From positions 7,192,001 through 7,256,000 of the forward strand of contig CM035352.1 in the NCBI GenBank assembly GCA_020137815.1: 64,000 nt of DNA, in the 5' to 3' direction. Numbering within the stretch: position 1 is the first letter of the stretch; each line of letters starts with the position of its first letter. The notes beneath the pieces were generated by a model, which was not told the DNA's origin, searched no databases, and worked only from the letters and a program-made list of their open reading frames with translations. The translations under genes were made by a program, and so were the position numbers. Positions 13,951 through 28,202 of this stretch are shown piece after piece. The DNA comes from Hormiphora californensis (lineage: Eukaryota > Animalia > Ctenophora).

Positions 13951-15052
13951 CCGCGTGGCCCAAATTAAAGGGAGGGTACGTTGGCCTTCTTTTCACCCAG
14001 AAGTTTAATTTCAATCACTCTGATATTTTGACACAATGTCTGCATGGGTACTCATTCCAGGAATCCGAAGTTTCAAATCATAAAAGTTGAAAATTCATTA
14101 ATGAACTCAATTTTTCGTTTTTCGGGTTTTTTGAGGTTTTCTCTTGATTAAATTCGATTTTATTATTTTAAAAACCGCCATACAATAGAGCAAGTATCAA
14201 CAAATGGCAATCTACATTTTTATTAAAATTGAATCAAGTTTAGTGGGTGAAATAAGTTATTTAAAGATGATATTTTTTACCAAACATCGATTTTGACCTG
14301 TTTTGACCAGAAATCGGTAAATTCAGGCGCTAAAAATCTGTACGGCGTCTACACATGATCAATTTTGATGTTAGCCGGAATTTATGCTCTCTATCTTAAA
14401 ATTCATTTTTCCGACTGGAATAAATCCTGAATGAACTTGAAAACAGGAATTCTTTTTGGAACCGGAATTTCACAGTCGCCTTCGGGTATCGATTTCCTTT
14501 CAAACGCGACTAATTTGAGCTCAATTGGACCACCACAAGAGACACAGTTTCTAGTTATCCTAGGTTTGGTCATCTGACACCTAATGAGACGATAGCGTCA
14601 TTACTAAGTGCCAATAAGCAGGTGTAACGGTCGAGTATCACGTATCACGTCTGCTAATGAGGATGGTGTACCGATACAGCATCCGTTAAAATGTAAGCTC
14701 TCTTGCTAACACGTCATAATTTGATGGGGATCACATGACTTACCCTAGGCTTAGAAAACGGATCACTGTGATTCTAGTGGTGATCCAATTAAGCTCAAAC
14801 TTGTCCCATTCGAAAGGAATTCGATAGCCAAACACATTTGTGAAACTTTGGTACCGAAATATGGTTCCATAATGGTGTTCATTCAATGTTCATTCGGCCG
14901 AAAAAAATGAACTTTTATCCAGAGGGCTGAAACTTCGGATTCCTCGAATGAGTAACCATGCAGACATTGTGTCAAAATATCAGAGTGATTGAAATTAAAC
15001 TTCTGGGTGAAAAGAAGGCCAACGTACCCTCCCTTTAATTTGGGTCACGCTG
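13951..15052. mobile_element. Non-autonomous Tc1/mariner-type element (MITE)
   Basis: ~125-bp TIRs (C[C/A]GCGTG[G/A]CCCAAATTAAAGGGAGGGTACG...), flanked by TA on both sides, no transposase ORF. Confidence 0.85.
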
Positions 15053-15688
15053 TACAAAATATCTCAACCAGATATTCTAGGAGTAGAACTAAAAGTAGCC
15101 AGGAGGGAATGAAAGCTCTAAAATGCACAGTTTAGATTCAGATTGTGAAGCAGACTGATTGGAGAAGTGGAGGTCAAGGGTCCGAATCTCGAATATACTC
15201 GCCATAGCCATAGGAGGAACAATCCATTTCAAATATCTTCTTCTGCACTAGTATACTATGGAGCAATTTGTATTGAGCAAAGGTAATCAATAAATCAGTA
15301 TTCCGTATTGATCTAAGAGCTGAAGTCGTGAGTGGAAGCTTTGTTTGTTTAACTAAGGCGACAGTGAGTCGAGATATATTCATACGACACTTCATTCCGG
15401 CAACTTAAGATGAAATTATGGCCGGAATTATAAATTAATCGGACCCCGACTTATCGGGATGCTCGGTTGAAAGGGATTTGGCCGGTAAATCAGGATTCCC
15501 GTAAACCGGGGCCTGCAAATCGGGGTCCAACTATAGACAGCAATTACCCCGGGGATATCGAATTAGACGAAAGACTGTGCTTGCCAAGATATAGTGGTAA
15601 CGACAAAGGAAGGAGATACAATAGGGACTAGGGAGTGATATATCTCGATGTAAAAAAAGAGTTCTATAGTTTAGTCGCCTCCAGCGCT

Positions 15689-17029
15689 CACGGCGTGCCT
15701 GGTGAAATTTTAACACGACCTAGCATGCGACGGGAAACCACCACTTGTACGTGGTAGCTGAGGGTCTACAGAATGGCGATACGGTGCGGGAAAAAACATT
15801 CCATTCCCTAAAATCTTTTTTTTTACTTTTATTTGATTTGGGTCAAAATTGGCTACATTAAACGGGGTCCCGAAAAATCCATAATGACTTAGCACACGAA
15901 ATATGTCACCCCCACCTATTTTTGCACGTAGAATCGATTGCCGTTGAAGTCGAATCTCTAAAATGACTGTAAAATGGTTAAAAGTTGATTTTTTACTATT
16001 TTTTGGAGGTTTTTGGCCCCTAAACCATTGAAAACGTTGAGATAGGAATTTGAAACTAGTGCCAATCGTTAAAATGGTCATTTTTCTACCAAGAACCAAG
16101 TTTTCGTGTATATCCGATTTATGGTTAGATTTGGGCAAATTGTTGAAATCTGCCAACTAGGAGAACCGTAACTTGATTTTCTTGTTTTTTGGATTTTGGC
16201 ATTTTTGACAAACTTCTGATTGAAATGGTCAATCGGGACCATGCTTAAGTTGTTTATGGGACAATTTTCGACTAAAATCCAAGATTTCATACCAATCCAA
16301 TAACAGATCGTTGATTTATAGAAAATTTAAGTAGGCAAAACGGTCAAAATTACAACTTTTCTTGCTTATTTTCACCGTTTTGCCTACTTAAATTTTCTAT
16401 AAATCAACGATTTGTTATTGGATTGGTATGAAATCTTGGATTTTAGTCGAAAATTGTCCCATAAACAACTTAAGCATGGTCCCGATTGACCATTTCAATC
16501 AGAAGTTTGTCAAAAATGCCAAAATCCAAAAAACAAGAAAATCAAGTTACGGTTCTCCTAGTTGGCAGATTTCAACAATTTGCCCAAATCTAACCATAAA
16601 TCGGATATACACGAAAACTTAGTTCTTGGTAGAAAAATGACCATTTTAACGATTGGCACTAGTTTCAAATTCCTATCTCAACGTTTTCAATGGTTTAGGG
16701 GCCAAAAACCTCCAAAAAATGGTAAAAAATCAACTTTTGACCATTTTACAGTCATTTTAGAGATTCGACTTCAACGGCAATCGATTCTACGTGCAAAAAT
16801 AGGTGGGGGTGATATATTTCGTGTGCTAAGTCATTATGGATTTTTCGGGACCCCGTTTAATATAGCCAATTTTGACCCAAATCAAATAAAAGTAAAAAAA
16901 AAGATTTTAGGGAATGGAATGTTTTTTCCCGCACCGTAGCGCCATTCTGTAGACCCTCAGCTACCACGTACAAGTGGTGGTTTCCCGTCGCATGCTAGGT
17001 CGTGTTAAAATTTCACCAGGCACGCCGTG
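15689..17029. mobile_element. Foldback (palindromic) non-autonomous DNA transposon, Chapaev/CMC-like
   Basis: ~655-bp near-perfect inverted arms with a short spacer near 16350-16370, CACGG...CCGTG termini, 4-bp CGCT direct repeat on both flanks. Confidence 0.85.
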
Positions 17030-17927
17030 CGCTGTATTTAAAAAAAATGAACAATTCAATTCTACAGACTGTGATTACCACTGGAAAAGAGCAGGCACAT
17101 ACAGTGATTGAGAGATTCTTTCATAGACACATCACCGTGTAATAATACAAAACGATTAATCAGGATTTAAAAAGAGAGATAGTTGGGGAGAGATATATGG
17201 ATAATGATCATACAGTACAGTGCCATTATTCCATCCCGTTTGCCGTTTGTTGAACCACGTGTGTTTTAACTTTTAGGCCAGGAGCTTAGTGTGATACCCC
17301 TGTCGTCACCGTGCGGCGCTTGCTGCTCGGTGTCGCCTAGTGGTTGACCGTGTATGCGGTCCAAATAAGGCACAGAGCTTTTCTGAATCAGCTTTTCAAG
17401 ACGAATCCAACGCAATCGGAATTAGCTTTCTAACTCATCGGAAAGTGCCGAGTCTGGGACTTTTGTTTTCGGTTATTTTTCGGTGCATGAGCCAATCAGA
17501 GAGGCCATGCCACTGTCGCCAGTGGTTGACCAGTGGTCAACCACTGGCGACAGTCAATGACCACGGTCTTCCTGGAGCGTCCGAATTAACATGCTCTGCA
17601 ACAAACTGATTTTCGGGTAGCCTTGGCCAGAAATCACAAGCAAACCCCAGACTGCAACAAAAATAATTGTAAATATCTTCCCCAAAGCCAGCTACTACCT
17701 AATTTTGGATCAAAGTGACTTAATTGAACATAGTCACACTTCCAGAAACAGTATATCTAACATTAACAAGATATGAAGGTACTAAATCAGCGTCACTTGA
17801 TCAGTGAACAGAGTGTCTGATCTGTTTCGAAAGAAACAGTAAACTATTCAGAAGAACAAGTTACAAAATATGGGGAGGGGGTTCAGCCCTACCCCCCCCC
17901 CACCCTAAAATACATTTCTTATCTCAC

Positions 17928-18031
17928 CTGTTTTGAGTAACGATTTCCCACACAGCATCCTTCATTGTCAGCCTCCCCGCAGACTTGAATCCACCTCCTC
18001 CGAACCCTCGACCTGCTGCAGCTAGCGCCAT
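17928..18031 (-). CDS. Kv variable first exon V5 (MALAAAGRGFGGGGFKSAGRLTMKDAVWEIVTQNR)
   Basis: ATG, 104 nt (3n+2), strong AG|GTGAGA donor; hydrophobic/Gly-rich ball-like start. Confidence 0.75.
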
Positions 18032-19664
18032 TTGATTGCAGTACTAGACCTCTCAAAGACTAAAGTATAATAGATGATAGATCCAAGTTGAGCTGATCCA
18101 AAGTTCAGATTTCGAGATGACAAACTGATAATGATAAGAGCTGTTCAATCCAACCAAACTAACTCCAAGAACTATTGAACTGACTGGATGGAGAAGAGGA
18201 ATCTAATTAAGAACCCGTTGTCCGTGGTTGATTTTTCGTTGATTTGTTGATTCCTCGATGACCGTGGGAAAGAAGGGTATCACGTCACTTAATTGCCGGA
18301 ACACATTCATCAAAAAACCGCTCTGTGATTATTATATTAAGGGGTAAATGGTAATAATTTGAAGTGGGAAAAATATCAAACGGATTATGGTGACGAGGTC
18401 ACTACGCGAGGAAAACGGAGAGAAAGCTCTCTCCACGCTTGAGACTCTAATTTATCGTGAGAAAACAAACAAGTGAGGACCCGTGAAGTAGGATCAGGAG
18501 TAAAAGCAGGCAAGAGCAGAGTCATGATGTGCTGCTATCATTCTCCCAGGCTCAAACGCAGTAAACACAGTACTAAGATTGGTATGGTAATATTTTGTGA
18601 AAAATACCATGCGAGCTACATTGACAGCGAGCTATCCTTCTGTCTCTCTCTATCTCTCTATGTCTCTCTATCTCTCTATCTCTCCTCTCTCTATGTCTCT
18701 CTGCCTCTCTCTCCCCTCTCTCTAAAATTGTGTAGGTGTTAACCTAGGGTGGTACCTGAGGTTGGCGGTGCAAGTGTGCGTGTAATGCGTATATGATGGT
18801 ATAAGGTATGTTTTATTCTAAGTTTTGAAATAGGCGAAAGAAGGAGAGAGGGGACAGATTGCGCTAAGGAGAAATGAGGAGAGAGAACTATAGAAGTGGG
18901 TATAGGGAGATGGAGAGAGATTGACAGAGCAATGACTATAACTGAGTCACAAGCAATATATCAAATAGACCGAGGGACAGTAAGAGATAGATGCGCTGGA
19001 GGAGGCAGATTGGGAGGAGGAATATCCGAGGAGAAGAAGAGTTTTGCAGGAGAAAAAAGTACAGCTAGTAGGAGAAGATGGTCTTAGACGAGCAATCACA
19101 GACACACTCCTCCTGCGTATCATGATGACGATGAAGCTTGATGTAACTTCTTGTGGAGATATGGAGGAGGAGAGGAGAGAGAAATAGAGGTGACGACGAG
19201 AGAGGAGACTGAGAGGACGAGAGATAGCGATAGAGCATTAGCTAGACTCGAGAGAGACTACGATGAGATCGCTCTCTACTCTCGCAGTCGCGTAGGGCTA
19301 GCAGTCTATCGAATCGCGTCTCGTCTCGTCCGCCAGCTCTGTCTGCTCTCGCTCTCTAGCTCTCTCCGAGCTACTGTACGAGAGCGATAGACGAGACGAG
19401 CGGATAAAAAGATATCACAATGGTGTACAGATACGGTGGTATGTTGTAGACATTATAACGGTATAGAGTCGATATTAGATACCAGTATCTTAAGTAAAGT
19501 TGGCAAGAGATAGAGAGATACTAGGAGGTTCATATGGAGATAGATAGAGATACACAGTTGTACACAGGATATAGGATACAAAGACGTCACTGTGACAGTG
19601 ATCAGATGAAATCCTTGGAGAGAGAAGGAGACAGAGAGAGAGAGAGAGAGAGCAGAGATAGAGA

Positions 19665-19733
<69 letters not shown>

Positions 19734-19989
19734 TACAGATAAAGTAAGAGAAAGGGAGATTCAGATGAAATGATTGAGTGAATGATTGAACTGTGAAGGA
19801 GATCTGCAATGAAACAATGAGAGACTATCAGTGCGGATCGAGGAGAATAGTCAGGCAAATCTCGCTGTGTACCGCGGGAGTAGACGGAGAAATGGCAGAG
19901 AATACAAAATTGATAGAATATCTGACACAGCCCTTTATTATGCCATATCTATAGGCAAATCACAGGTAGATCATGGAGGAAGAAAGTGT

Positions 19990-20067
<78 letters not shown>

Positions 20068-20264
20068 GAGAGAGAGAGAGATATGTGGAGAAAGATGGAA
20101 TATAATGCATGCTGTGTGATGTGATCGAACGCACATCTAAAATGCGTTTGCAATTAGTACTAGATCTTTCTGTCGGGTAATTGGGCGAAAAGATTGTATG
20201 AACCATGTAGGCATAATTTTATAACAAGATCTATCTCTCTTTTTTCTCTCTCTTTCTCTCTCTT

Positions 20265-20353
<89 letters not shown>

Positions 20354-20473
20354 ATCTCTCTCTATCTCTCTCTGATTCACTTTCGTTCTTTGGAATCATT
20401 CGCATTTTAAACTCTTGGGTATGAACAATGACTATAATGACTTGTTCCAAATTCCAATCGGTCATTTTCTCAC

Positions 20474-20622
20474 CAAATAGTTTAATCTAAATTTGAAACC
20501 ACTGGGCACCAGGAACGCCGTGTGGGCAGTGGAACACCTGCACGTCTGCTAATATATTTTCGAAGAACCAAGCGTTGTGAGCCTGATCTAAATCGTTCAA
20601 GGTGAGTCTTTAGAGAGACCAT
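20474..20622 (-). pseudogene. Candidate disrupted Kv variable exon (MVSLKTHLERFRSG...VVSNLD*TIW)
   Basis: ATG, 149 nt (3n+2), TG|GTGAGA donor, but an in-frame TAA just before the donor. Confidence 0.3.
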
Positions 20623-21503
20623 TAAATTGAAAAAAAATGGTTTGAACTGTAAACTAGTAAACAAGTTGAGTAAGGCCAATGGGTGGAACAGCTTATAGAG
20701 TTTGTAGTACTTCATTCACTGACCAGTGACCACTGATAAACGACCATTTATCATGAGAAAAAAGATCTGCAGAAATGGTTAAGAAAGCAAAACTATAGAA
20801 AAATGAAGAAGCTTTTTAACTTTTCTGAGAACTAGAAGAACTCGATAATAACTATGCAGCTATCTGTTGAACCCGCCCTCTTATTATTATCTTATGTAGA
20901 GCTACTTAGCACGTGGACATACAGCACATGATCTCTATCTCGCTATCTCTCTATCTTTATATCTCTGTCTATTTCTCTATCTCTTTTTATCCTCTTTATG
21001 CCTAGATACCGTGTAAAAAAGCAACTCTCACTCTACAAGTTGTAGACTAGGCTTTAAGAAGTAGACCCCATATTATAGGCCCACCTAAGGCTCAGAGGTA
21101 ACGGTCATTCACGGTGGCAAATCCGAATACTTGAGGAAACCTCTATGGTAAACTGCTAGTCCACATCGGACTGGCAAAATACCAGCCACCCAATCCAATC
21201 CAATCCAATCCAATCCACCATATTGATATAGAGTCTGTAAACTTAAAAAAGTATTTTCTATACCCACATGGTGTGGCCACAACAACTAAATACAACGGTG
21301 AGTTCTGAATTCTGATGAATCAATCCTAAGGTTCTTGGGGTTGGGAACCCCTTACCCAAATTCGTATCCCTACAGAAAATTAACCAAACAAAACCAATAA
21401 TTGTGCTAACTTTCTAAAATACTGGTTCCAATTGGCGCCACTCAGTTTAGTCGCCTGTATGAACAATTCAACCACTCATCCCACAGCTATAAAACACACT
21501 TAC

Positions 21504-21619
21504 CCGTTATCAAGTAGTCCACTGGGTACAGGTAGTATCTTGTGGCTCTTCTGTCTCTGAAGAGTGGCCCTTCTGTTGTACCCTCCAGCTCCCCGGCTGC
21601 TACTAAAGGTAGAGTACAT
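21504..21619 (-). CDS. Kv variable first exon V6 (MYSTFSSSRGAGGYNRRATLQRQKSHKILPVPSGLLDNG)
   Basis: ATG, 116 nt (3n+2), GG|GTAAGT consensus donor, TTTCAG acceptor about 20 nt upstream of the ATG. Confidence 0.75.
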
Positions 21620-22066
21620 GCCCCGTGATCCTCCAGAGCTGAAACTACTGGCAGAGGCAGTCGCGTACATAATTACGATTTTAGAAAAGTGAGTCGAACA
21701 AGAGCAATGCAGATGGTATTACCCCTCGCTCAGAGAGCGTAATTTTAGTTAGAGAGGTTAATAAACCGTTAATGAGATTCGGCAGGACAATGATGTGGCA
21801 GAGTGCCTTAAAAACAACTTTAGAGGCCCCAAAATCACCCGAAAAAGCGGAATTTCTACGTCTTTTGGACGGTTTTTGAGACATAATTTCGAGCTTTAAG
21901 CTGGATAAAAGCTGCAAGGGTCGGGTTTTGGACTTTAAAACTTGGCACTATTAGAAGAACAAGGATTTATTAATTATTAGGTTGATTGGCATAGGAAAAA
22001 TAGTCATATTATGAATTCATAGCGACGTCAAAGAGGCATCATGGCGGCCAAAGTTCAATCAATATA

Positions 22067-22989
22067 TTAGGTTGTCCAAGAAATAATGTCGCGGGCCGAT
22101 TTCTCCGATTTAGCACAACGATTTCGATAAAACCTTTTTCTAGCTTGTTTATTTAACTCTTGACTTCATAAAACGAGGGTCTATTTTGAAAAATTTGGTA
22201 TTTGAGACACCTAGGTGAACCCGGAAAAACCGTAAAAAAATTTGCCGCTGAACGAAAAATATGCGCATGTTGAAAACACTGCTGTAATTCTTCTTGTGAG
22301 TATCTGTGAGATGTTTCACTACATCAAGCTTGTTTATTAGACAAATATCTATCGTTTGAGTGGTGAATGAAGTCACAGGTCCTATTTGTCTCGGAGCTAT
22401 GGAGCTCTAAAAAATGTTAGTCAAAATTGGAAATTTTCACTTCCGGGATACTTCAGGCTTCATGGGATTGGCGAATAAAAATTTTTTGACGGTAATTAAT
22501 AGTCCCAACCAAGCTTTTAGCCGTAGTAATGTTGACTTTTGGCTTTGGTAAGGTTTTGAGGTGAAAAAATGCGGTTTTTCGAAAGTCCCGATTTTTGGGT
22601 CCAAAATCGGAGCTAAATTTTGCATTTTTTCACTTTTTTGTGGTAGATTTACTAAGTTTGACGTTTCCACACAACGCGTCAAGACTAAAATCGCATAGAT
22701 ACTATATCTTTGGACGATGGGCTATCAATTGGCGCCATTTAGAGTTGTGGAAACCCAAATGGCTTCCTTCCTGCGACGTTTTAAAATTTTCAAAACCCCC
22801 GTTCAGCGGCAAAGCGACTTCCGGTGACAAATTGCCCAAATATGGGCAATGAAAATATGATTCTGAAGTTCTAGATGTGTTTTCCCGACTGGAAATTGTC
22901 TACTGAACAAGATAGAACTAGTTAAAAGTCGCTAAATCATGTATTTTTACAAAAAATTGTAAGACGACATTATTTCCTGGACACCCTAA
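22067..22989. mobile_element. Non-autonomous mariner-type element
   Basis: Imperfect TIRs TTAGGTTGTCCAAGAAATAATGTCG / CGACATTATTTCCTGGACACCCTAA, TA flanks. Confidence 0.75.
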
Positions 22990-23432
22990 TATTAAACAAC
23001 TAGGTAGCTGAGAGACACGCTGATCGTCGTTAAACGAATTGCATTCAAGAATCACAATATAGTCGTCAAGACTCAAGAGATATACTACGAATGTGACCTT
23101 TACTGTATCTAGATATATGATTCTTTGTTTGTAATTGTCAGCCCAATGTGATTCTCATTCTATCTCTGATCGGCGATAGACATTTCTAGGCGTGCATGCA
23201 GTATGTGATAATCAGACTGCTAACAGAACCCCCCCTCCCCTTTCAATTCATCATCTTTGTGCATAACAAACCCCACTGAGCTAGCTCTAACTTGTTCCCT
23301 CACTGAGCCTTGCTACAAACTGCCCCTTGATAGGAAATCCTTCTAAAATTTTCTTGACCCCCTAGTTGATAACTAAATTACCATAATGAATCGGTGACGA
23401 TATCAAAAACCCCTAGTTGAGCCCTAAATTAC

Positions 23433-23626
23433 CATAATGGATCCGTAACAATGTCAAATCTCCTCCCATCACACACAGGGCTGCACAAAATGGATGCCAC
23501 TCCACTTCCCAAAGTGCTGGATGTCACTCCCAGGGACGTCTTTCTGTTGACCCATTCTGAGTTCCTCCTAGTCCTCTGTCCAAGGGATGTCCTTCTTCCT
23601 GCTGCTACTGTGGTCGATGTAAACAT
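23433..23626 (-). CDS. Kv variable first exon V7 (MFTSTTVAAGRRTSLGQRTRRNS...VASILCSPVCDGRRFDIVTDPLW)
   Basis: ATG, 194 nt (3n+2), TG|GTAATT donor. Confidence 0.7.
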
Positions 23627-24042
23627 GATAAGAAGGATCAATGTTTAATATATCGACACAACAAACAACTAATGGACCTCCAAGCAGCAGCATCGTCTTC
23701 ATCAGATCTTTTAATTAGCTACACTTTCCAGATGATAGTTCTCTCTCGCTTTAATAAACAATACTTTAACGAGATGCCTGGTTGATTAAGTAAAGGTCAC
23801 ATTCATCAAAGTCCGAGGAGACAGAGAGTGATAATGAAGGGATTGAATCAATAAACAAAAAGAGATAAAGAGAGATAGGGAGGGAGATAGAGAGAGAAGA
23901 AGATAGAGAGAGAGAGAAAGAGAGAGAGGGAGAAAGCTAGTTGAACAGAGCTAGGCGTAATAAAAGTATTTGTATTTGAACACTGCACAACTACCATTTG
24001 GCACTCAATATTACAATATCGCACATATACCAGCATACAGCG

Positions 24043-24278
24043 GAGAGGATGGGTGAGAGTGAGCACTATGTGAGAGGGACAGAGAGTATAGGTGAGAGTG
24101 AGCACTATGTGAGAGGGACAGAGAGGATGGGTGAGAGTGAGCACTATGTGAGAGGGACAGAGAGGATGGGTGAGAGTGAGCACTATGTGAGAGGGACAGA
24201 GAGGATGGGTGAAAGTGAGCACTGTGAGAGGGACAGAGAGGATGGGTGAAAGTGAGCACTGTGAGAGGGACAGAGAGG
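24043..24278. repeat. 37-39-bp minisatellite
   Basis: Units GAGAGGATGGGTGAGAGTGAGCACTATGTGAGAGGGACA. Confidence 0.9.
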
Positions 24279-24364
<86 letters not shown>

Positions 24365-24484
24365 AGGGACAGAGAGGGAGAGACAAAGGAGAGATAGACA
24401 GAGAGGGATAGATAGAGGGCAGATTCGAGCTAGAGCGAGAGAGAAAGATGGAGAGAGAGATAGAGAAATAGAGGGGAAGAGAGT

Positions 24485-24558
<74 letters not shown>

Positions 24559-24600
24559 TACAGTTGATAGTCAGTTAAAGATGATTGAGATGTCTCTCAC

Positions 24601-24710
24601 CATGACGCTATGTGTACTGCAGCACTAGCGTATTGTTCATCATTGAGGGGAGGGGGACTGGAGTTGATAGTTCTCCCTTTAATCAATCTCTATTTCACCC
24701 CCTGTCCCAT
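24601..24710 (-). pseudogene. Candidate disrupted Kv variable exon (MGQGVK*RLIKGRTINSSPPPLNDEQYASAAVHIASW)
   Basis: ATG, 110 nt (3n+2), TG|GTGAGA donor, in-frame TAG at codon 7 (which could alternatively be an acceptor). Confidence 0.3.
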
Positions 24711-24900
24711 CTAATCACAGAACTCAAACAATGCCTAATTTGCCCATCTTCCAAACTCCCATTCCCCCTTTGTACAACATTGTCTACATCTCCATTTGAA
24801 ATTCGTGCGGAGAAACCTGCTTTCACCAGGCGATTCGCTGCACGAAAGAAGGTGATTCTCCAGGAGAATCACTGGTTTTCTTATGGAGCTAATCTTCATT

Positions 24901-25231
24901 CTTCAGGGGGTATGAAATGATCTTCAGGGGGCATGAAATGATCTTCAAGGGGCATGAAATGATCTTCAAGGGGCATGAAATGATCTTCAGGGGGCATGAA
25001 ATGATCTTCAGGGGGCATGAAATGATCTTCAGGGGGCATGAAATGATCTTCAGAGGGCATGAAATGATCTTCAAGGGGCATGAAATGATCTTCAAGGGGC
25101 ATGAAATGATCTTCAGGGGGCATGAAATGATATTCAGGGGGCATGAAATGATATTCAGGGGGCATGAAATGATCTTCAGGGGGCATGAAATGATCTTCAA
25201 TGGGGCATGAAATGATCTTCAGGAGGGCATG
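24901..25231. repeat. 21-bp minisatellite
   Basis: About 15 units of GGGCATGAAATGATCTTCA(G/A)G. Confidence 0.95.
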
Positions 25232-25676
25232 CAAATCTAGTACACATGATGATGATGATGAACACACAGGGAGATACAAAAGCTAGAAGGATAGAGTTTG
25301 GAAGAAAGGAAGATTAAGAAGTTAGGGTAGACCATTGACGTGGTTTAATTCACCGTACGCAGCAGGAAGGGTTATGAGACAACATCTACCTTCTGTCTCT
25401 AACTTGTAACATGTCCCCACATTTCGATAAACAGCTTCTAGTACTAATAAATAATAATACCACATAAACAATAAACAGCTATTACTACCTGCTGCAGCTG
25501 TACTACAGAAACAATAATTACTGGAGGTAAAGAAGCGGTTTCTAGATGGAATGAATACAGTTCAGAAGGTATGAAAACGCTCAGAAACAGAGGAATAGAG
25601 GAATAGAGTTCTTCGACCTTCCCAATTAATGAGAATATGTTATTGTAATTAGGGGAGCCGAGGAACAGAGAAAGAG

Positions 25677-25810
<134 letters not shown>

Positions 25811-26598
25811 GACTAGAGGGAGACTTGGAGACAGAGGGAGAGAGAGGGAGAGGGAGAGATATAGATTGAGATAGACAGCCAGAAATACAGAGATAAAGAA
25901 AGAGAGATAGAAAGACACAGAATGAGAACTACTGGGACAAAGAAAGATGGATCTAAGCGAATACAAAATAGAAACTCTGATGAATCTCTTTTTGAAATAC
26001 TTTCTTCCTGCATTTTCATTTTATTCTTCCTAACCCTGTTTATCTCTGCCGTATCTCAGCAGTAACCCCTTACTCAACTATCTTTCTTCCCTCACAAAGC
26101 CATGGTTTACCGTATTCCAAGATAAATAGAGTTCCTGCAACTGAGAGGGAAAATCATCTACACTAACTATATACTGGATGATCTGATCATTAAAAACACA
26201 AGCTGCAGCAGTAACAGGATCAGTAACAGATATTGTCCGGATCAAAGACCCGATCATAGCAACAAGTAAAATAGGAGTTGATACTTTGATTACAAATGTA
26301 TAATACAACGCAACTGCACCGAGGGATGAAAGGATCATAGTACTTAGTAGAGGAGACTGGGGAGATAGAGTAGTTTTTCTAAGACAATGGGATTAAAACA
26401 AAAGACCTACACTGTAATTATCTGGCAACATTCCCTATACATACTACCTTTCTAGCAACTCATGAGGTTCCCTAGTCCCTACCTATTCTGTCTGGCGCCG
26501 CCAAACCGTGTTTTTACAGTGCGCTCAGATCGCATCGGCGCCGCCAGACAGACGACAGTACATATATCTAGCAACACAATGTTCCGGTGTGGGATTAC

Positions 26599-26663
26599 CT
26601 TGAGTTTCCATTTCTGTAGGTTGGATGATATCGTTCCTGGACTGCAGCGTGGTCCATTCCCAT
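26599..26663 (-). CDS. Kv variable first exon V8 (MGMDHAAVQERYHPTYRNGNSR)
   Basis: ATG, 65 nt (3n+2), AG|GTAATC donor. Confidence 0.6.
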
Positions 26664-26955
26664 GATGAACTCAGGTTGAGTTAGGGGTCAATAAGACAGA
26701 TCCCTTGTTTTGTACCAGGTAGAAAGAGTACCGAGCTTATTATAATCCAAAATGTTACTCAACAAAATCCAAACGGTCTCAGCATACAGCACACGATTGA
26801 CTATCCAGAATAGCAGTAGATTGTAGAAAACTCCTCGTCCCAATGCCCCGCTCTACTACAAGGGGACCCATACAAGAATATATGACAATTTCTAGGGAGT
26901 TGGATCAAGCTGCAGATGACGCATGCTAGCTCACACAACTCTCTCTCTCAATCTG

Positions 26956-26994
<39 letters not shown>

Positions 26995-27065
26995 CTGCCT
27001 CTTTCCCAGCCAATCTGTTGCTCTCTTTAGGAGAGTTAGAAGCCTGAAGCCAATGATAGAAAGAT

Positions 27066-27166
<101 letters not shown>

Positions 27167-27618
27167 TGGGACAGACCCAATTGCTCAATCACATCAGCAG
27201 GACGAGAAGAGCTCATTATCGAAGAAGACGAAGTGGGTAAATCCCACCCCCTGGTAAACAATCTTGTCCCAACGAAGAATATATTCATTGTTTTTACTGT
27301 GACTTGAGACATCTATTATAGACACACAGACATCGAGACATCATATATATCCATTATCTCTCTGCAGATTGGGCGAAGTAAATATATTATTATGAAATAG
27401 TAAGCAAGGTCGACTGAGATAGATCTAGGTTATCTAGGCTACCTATAAACAGCGAGATAGTTTACCGTTGTTTCTCTATTGACCCATTTCAAGGTGACTT
27501 AGCTGGAACCATAATTCTAGTACACATGATACATCAAAACCTCTCTACATCGAGAAACCACCATATATGGGCATGATATTTGTCACTTCCATATATGGTC
27601 ACAATATACCTGACTCAC

Positions 27619-27728
27619 CTGAAACAACAGTGAAGAGGTGCACAGAGAATACTCGCGATGGTACTTCCATAAAAAGGGTCGTTAATGGGGCTGCCGCTAC
27701 GCCGTGCTACATACTGGTTCACTCTCAT
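27619..27728 (-). CDS. Kv variable first exon V9 (MRVNQYVARRSGSPINDPFYGSTIASILCAPLHCCFR)
   Basis: ATG directly after TTACTAG, 110 nt (3n+2), AG|GTGAGT consensus donor; shares ASILCxP with V7. Confidence 0.75.
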
Positions 27729-27899
27729 CTAGTAAGACTACTAGCAGCTAGGTGATATTCGTGGTAGTAGAGTGGTAGCACTACTAGCAGCACTACTAGC
27801 AGCTAGATAGTAGCTAGTAGAGTGGGCAGCTAGACGATTACAGTAGATTGGTGTTGTTCAAACCCTGGGCGTGGTGAACGATCAGGGTAGAGCAAGGCA

Positions 27900-28171
27900 A
27901 GTATAGTCACTGCGCTGGCAAGCGCAAAGGTGACCATCCCCTCCCCCCAGCCGCGCGTGCCAGAGTGCAGTAATAACTTTTTTCAGTTTTTAGCCAAAAA
28001 TGGCATTTTGTGACGCCCATAGCGAGGCCCCCACTGCACCGATCGGTCTGAAATTTGGTATACAGTGTCACATAGTCTAGATCTACTGTAGTTTAAAAGG
28101 GCAAGTCTCTATCTCTTTTAGTTTTAGAGATATGGCATCGTGAAAAAAGCAATAAGTGTCCCGGGTCTATG

Positions 28172-28202
<31 letters not shown>

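Noticed and set aside
15710-16939. Duplicated ORFs on opposite strands (also 34619/35539 and 45822/46432)
   Set aside because: By-products of transposon inverted repeats; no transposase motifs.
18830-19450. Scrambled GA/TC-rich stretch with short ORFs
   Set aside because: Looks like low-quality consensus over a microsatellite; no coherent coding signal.
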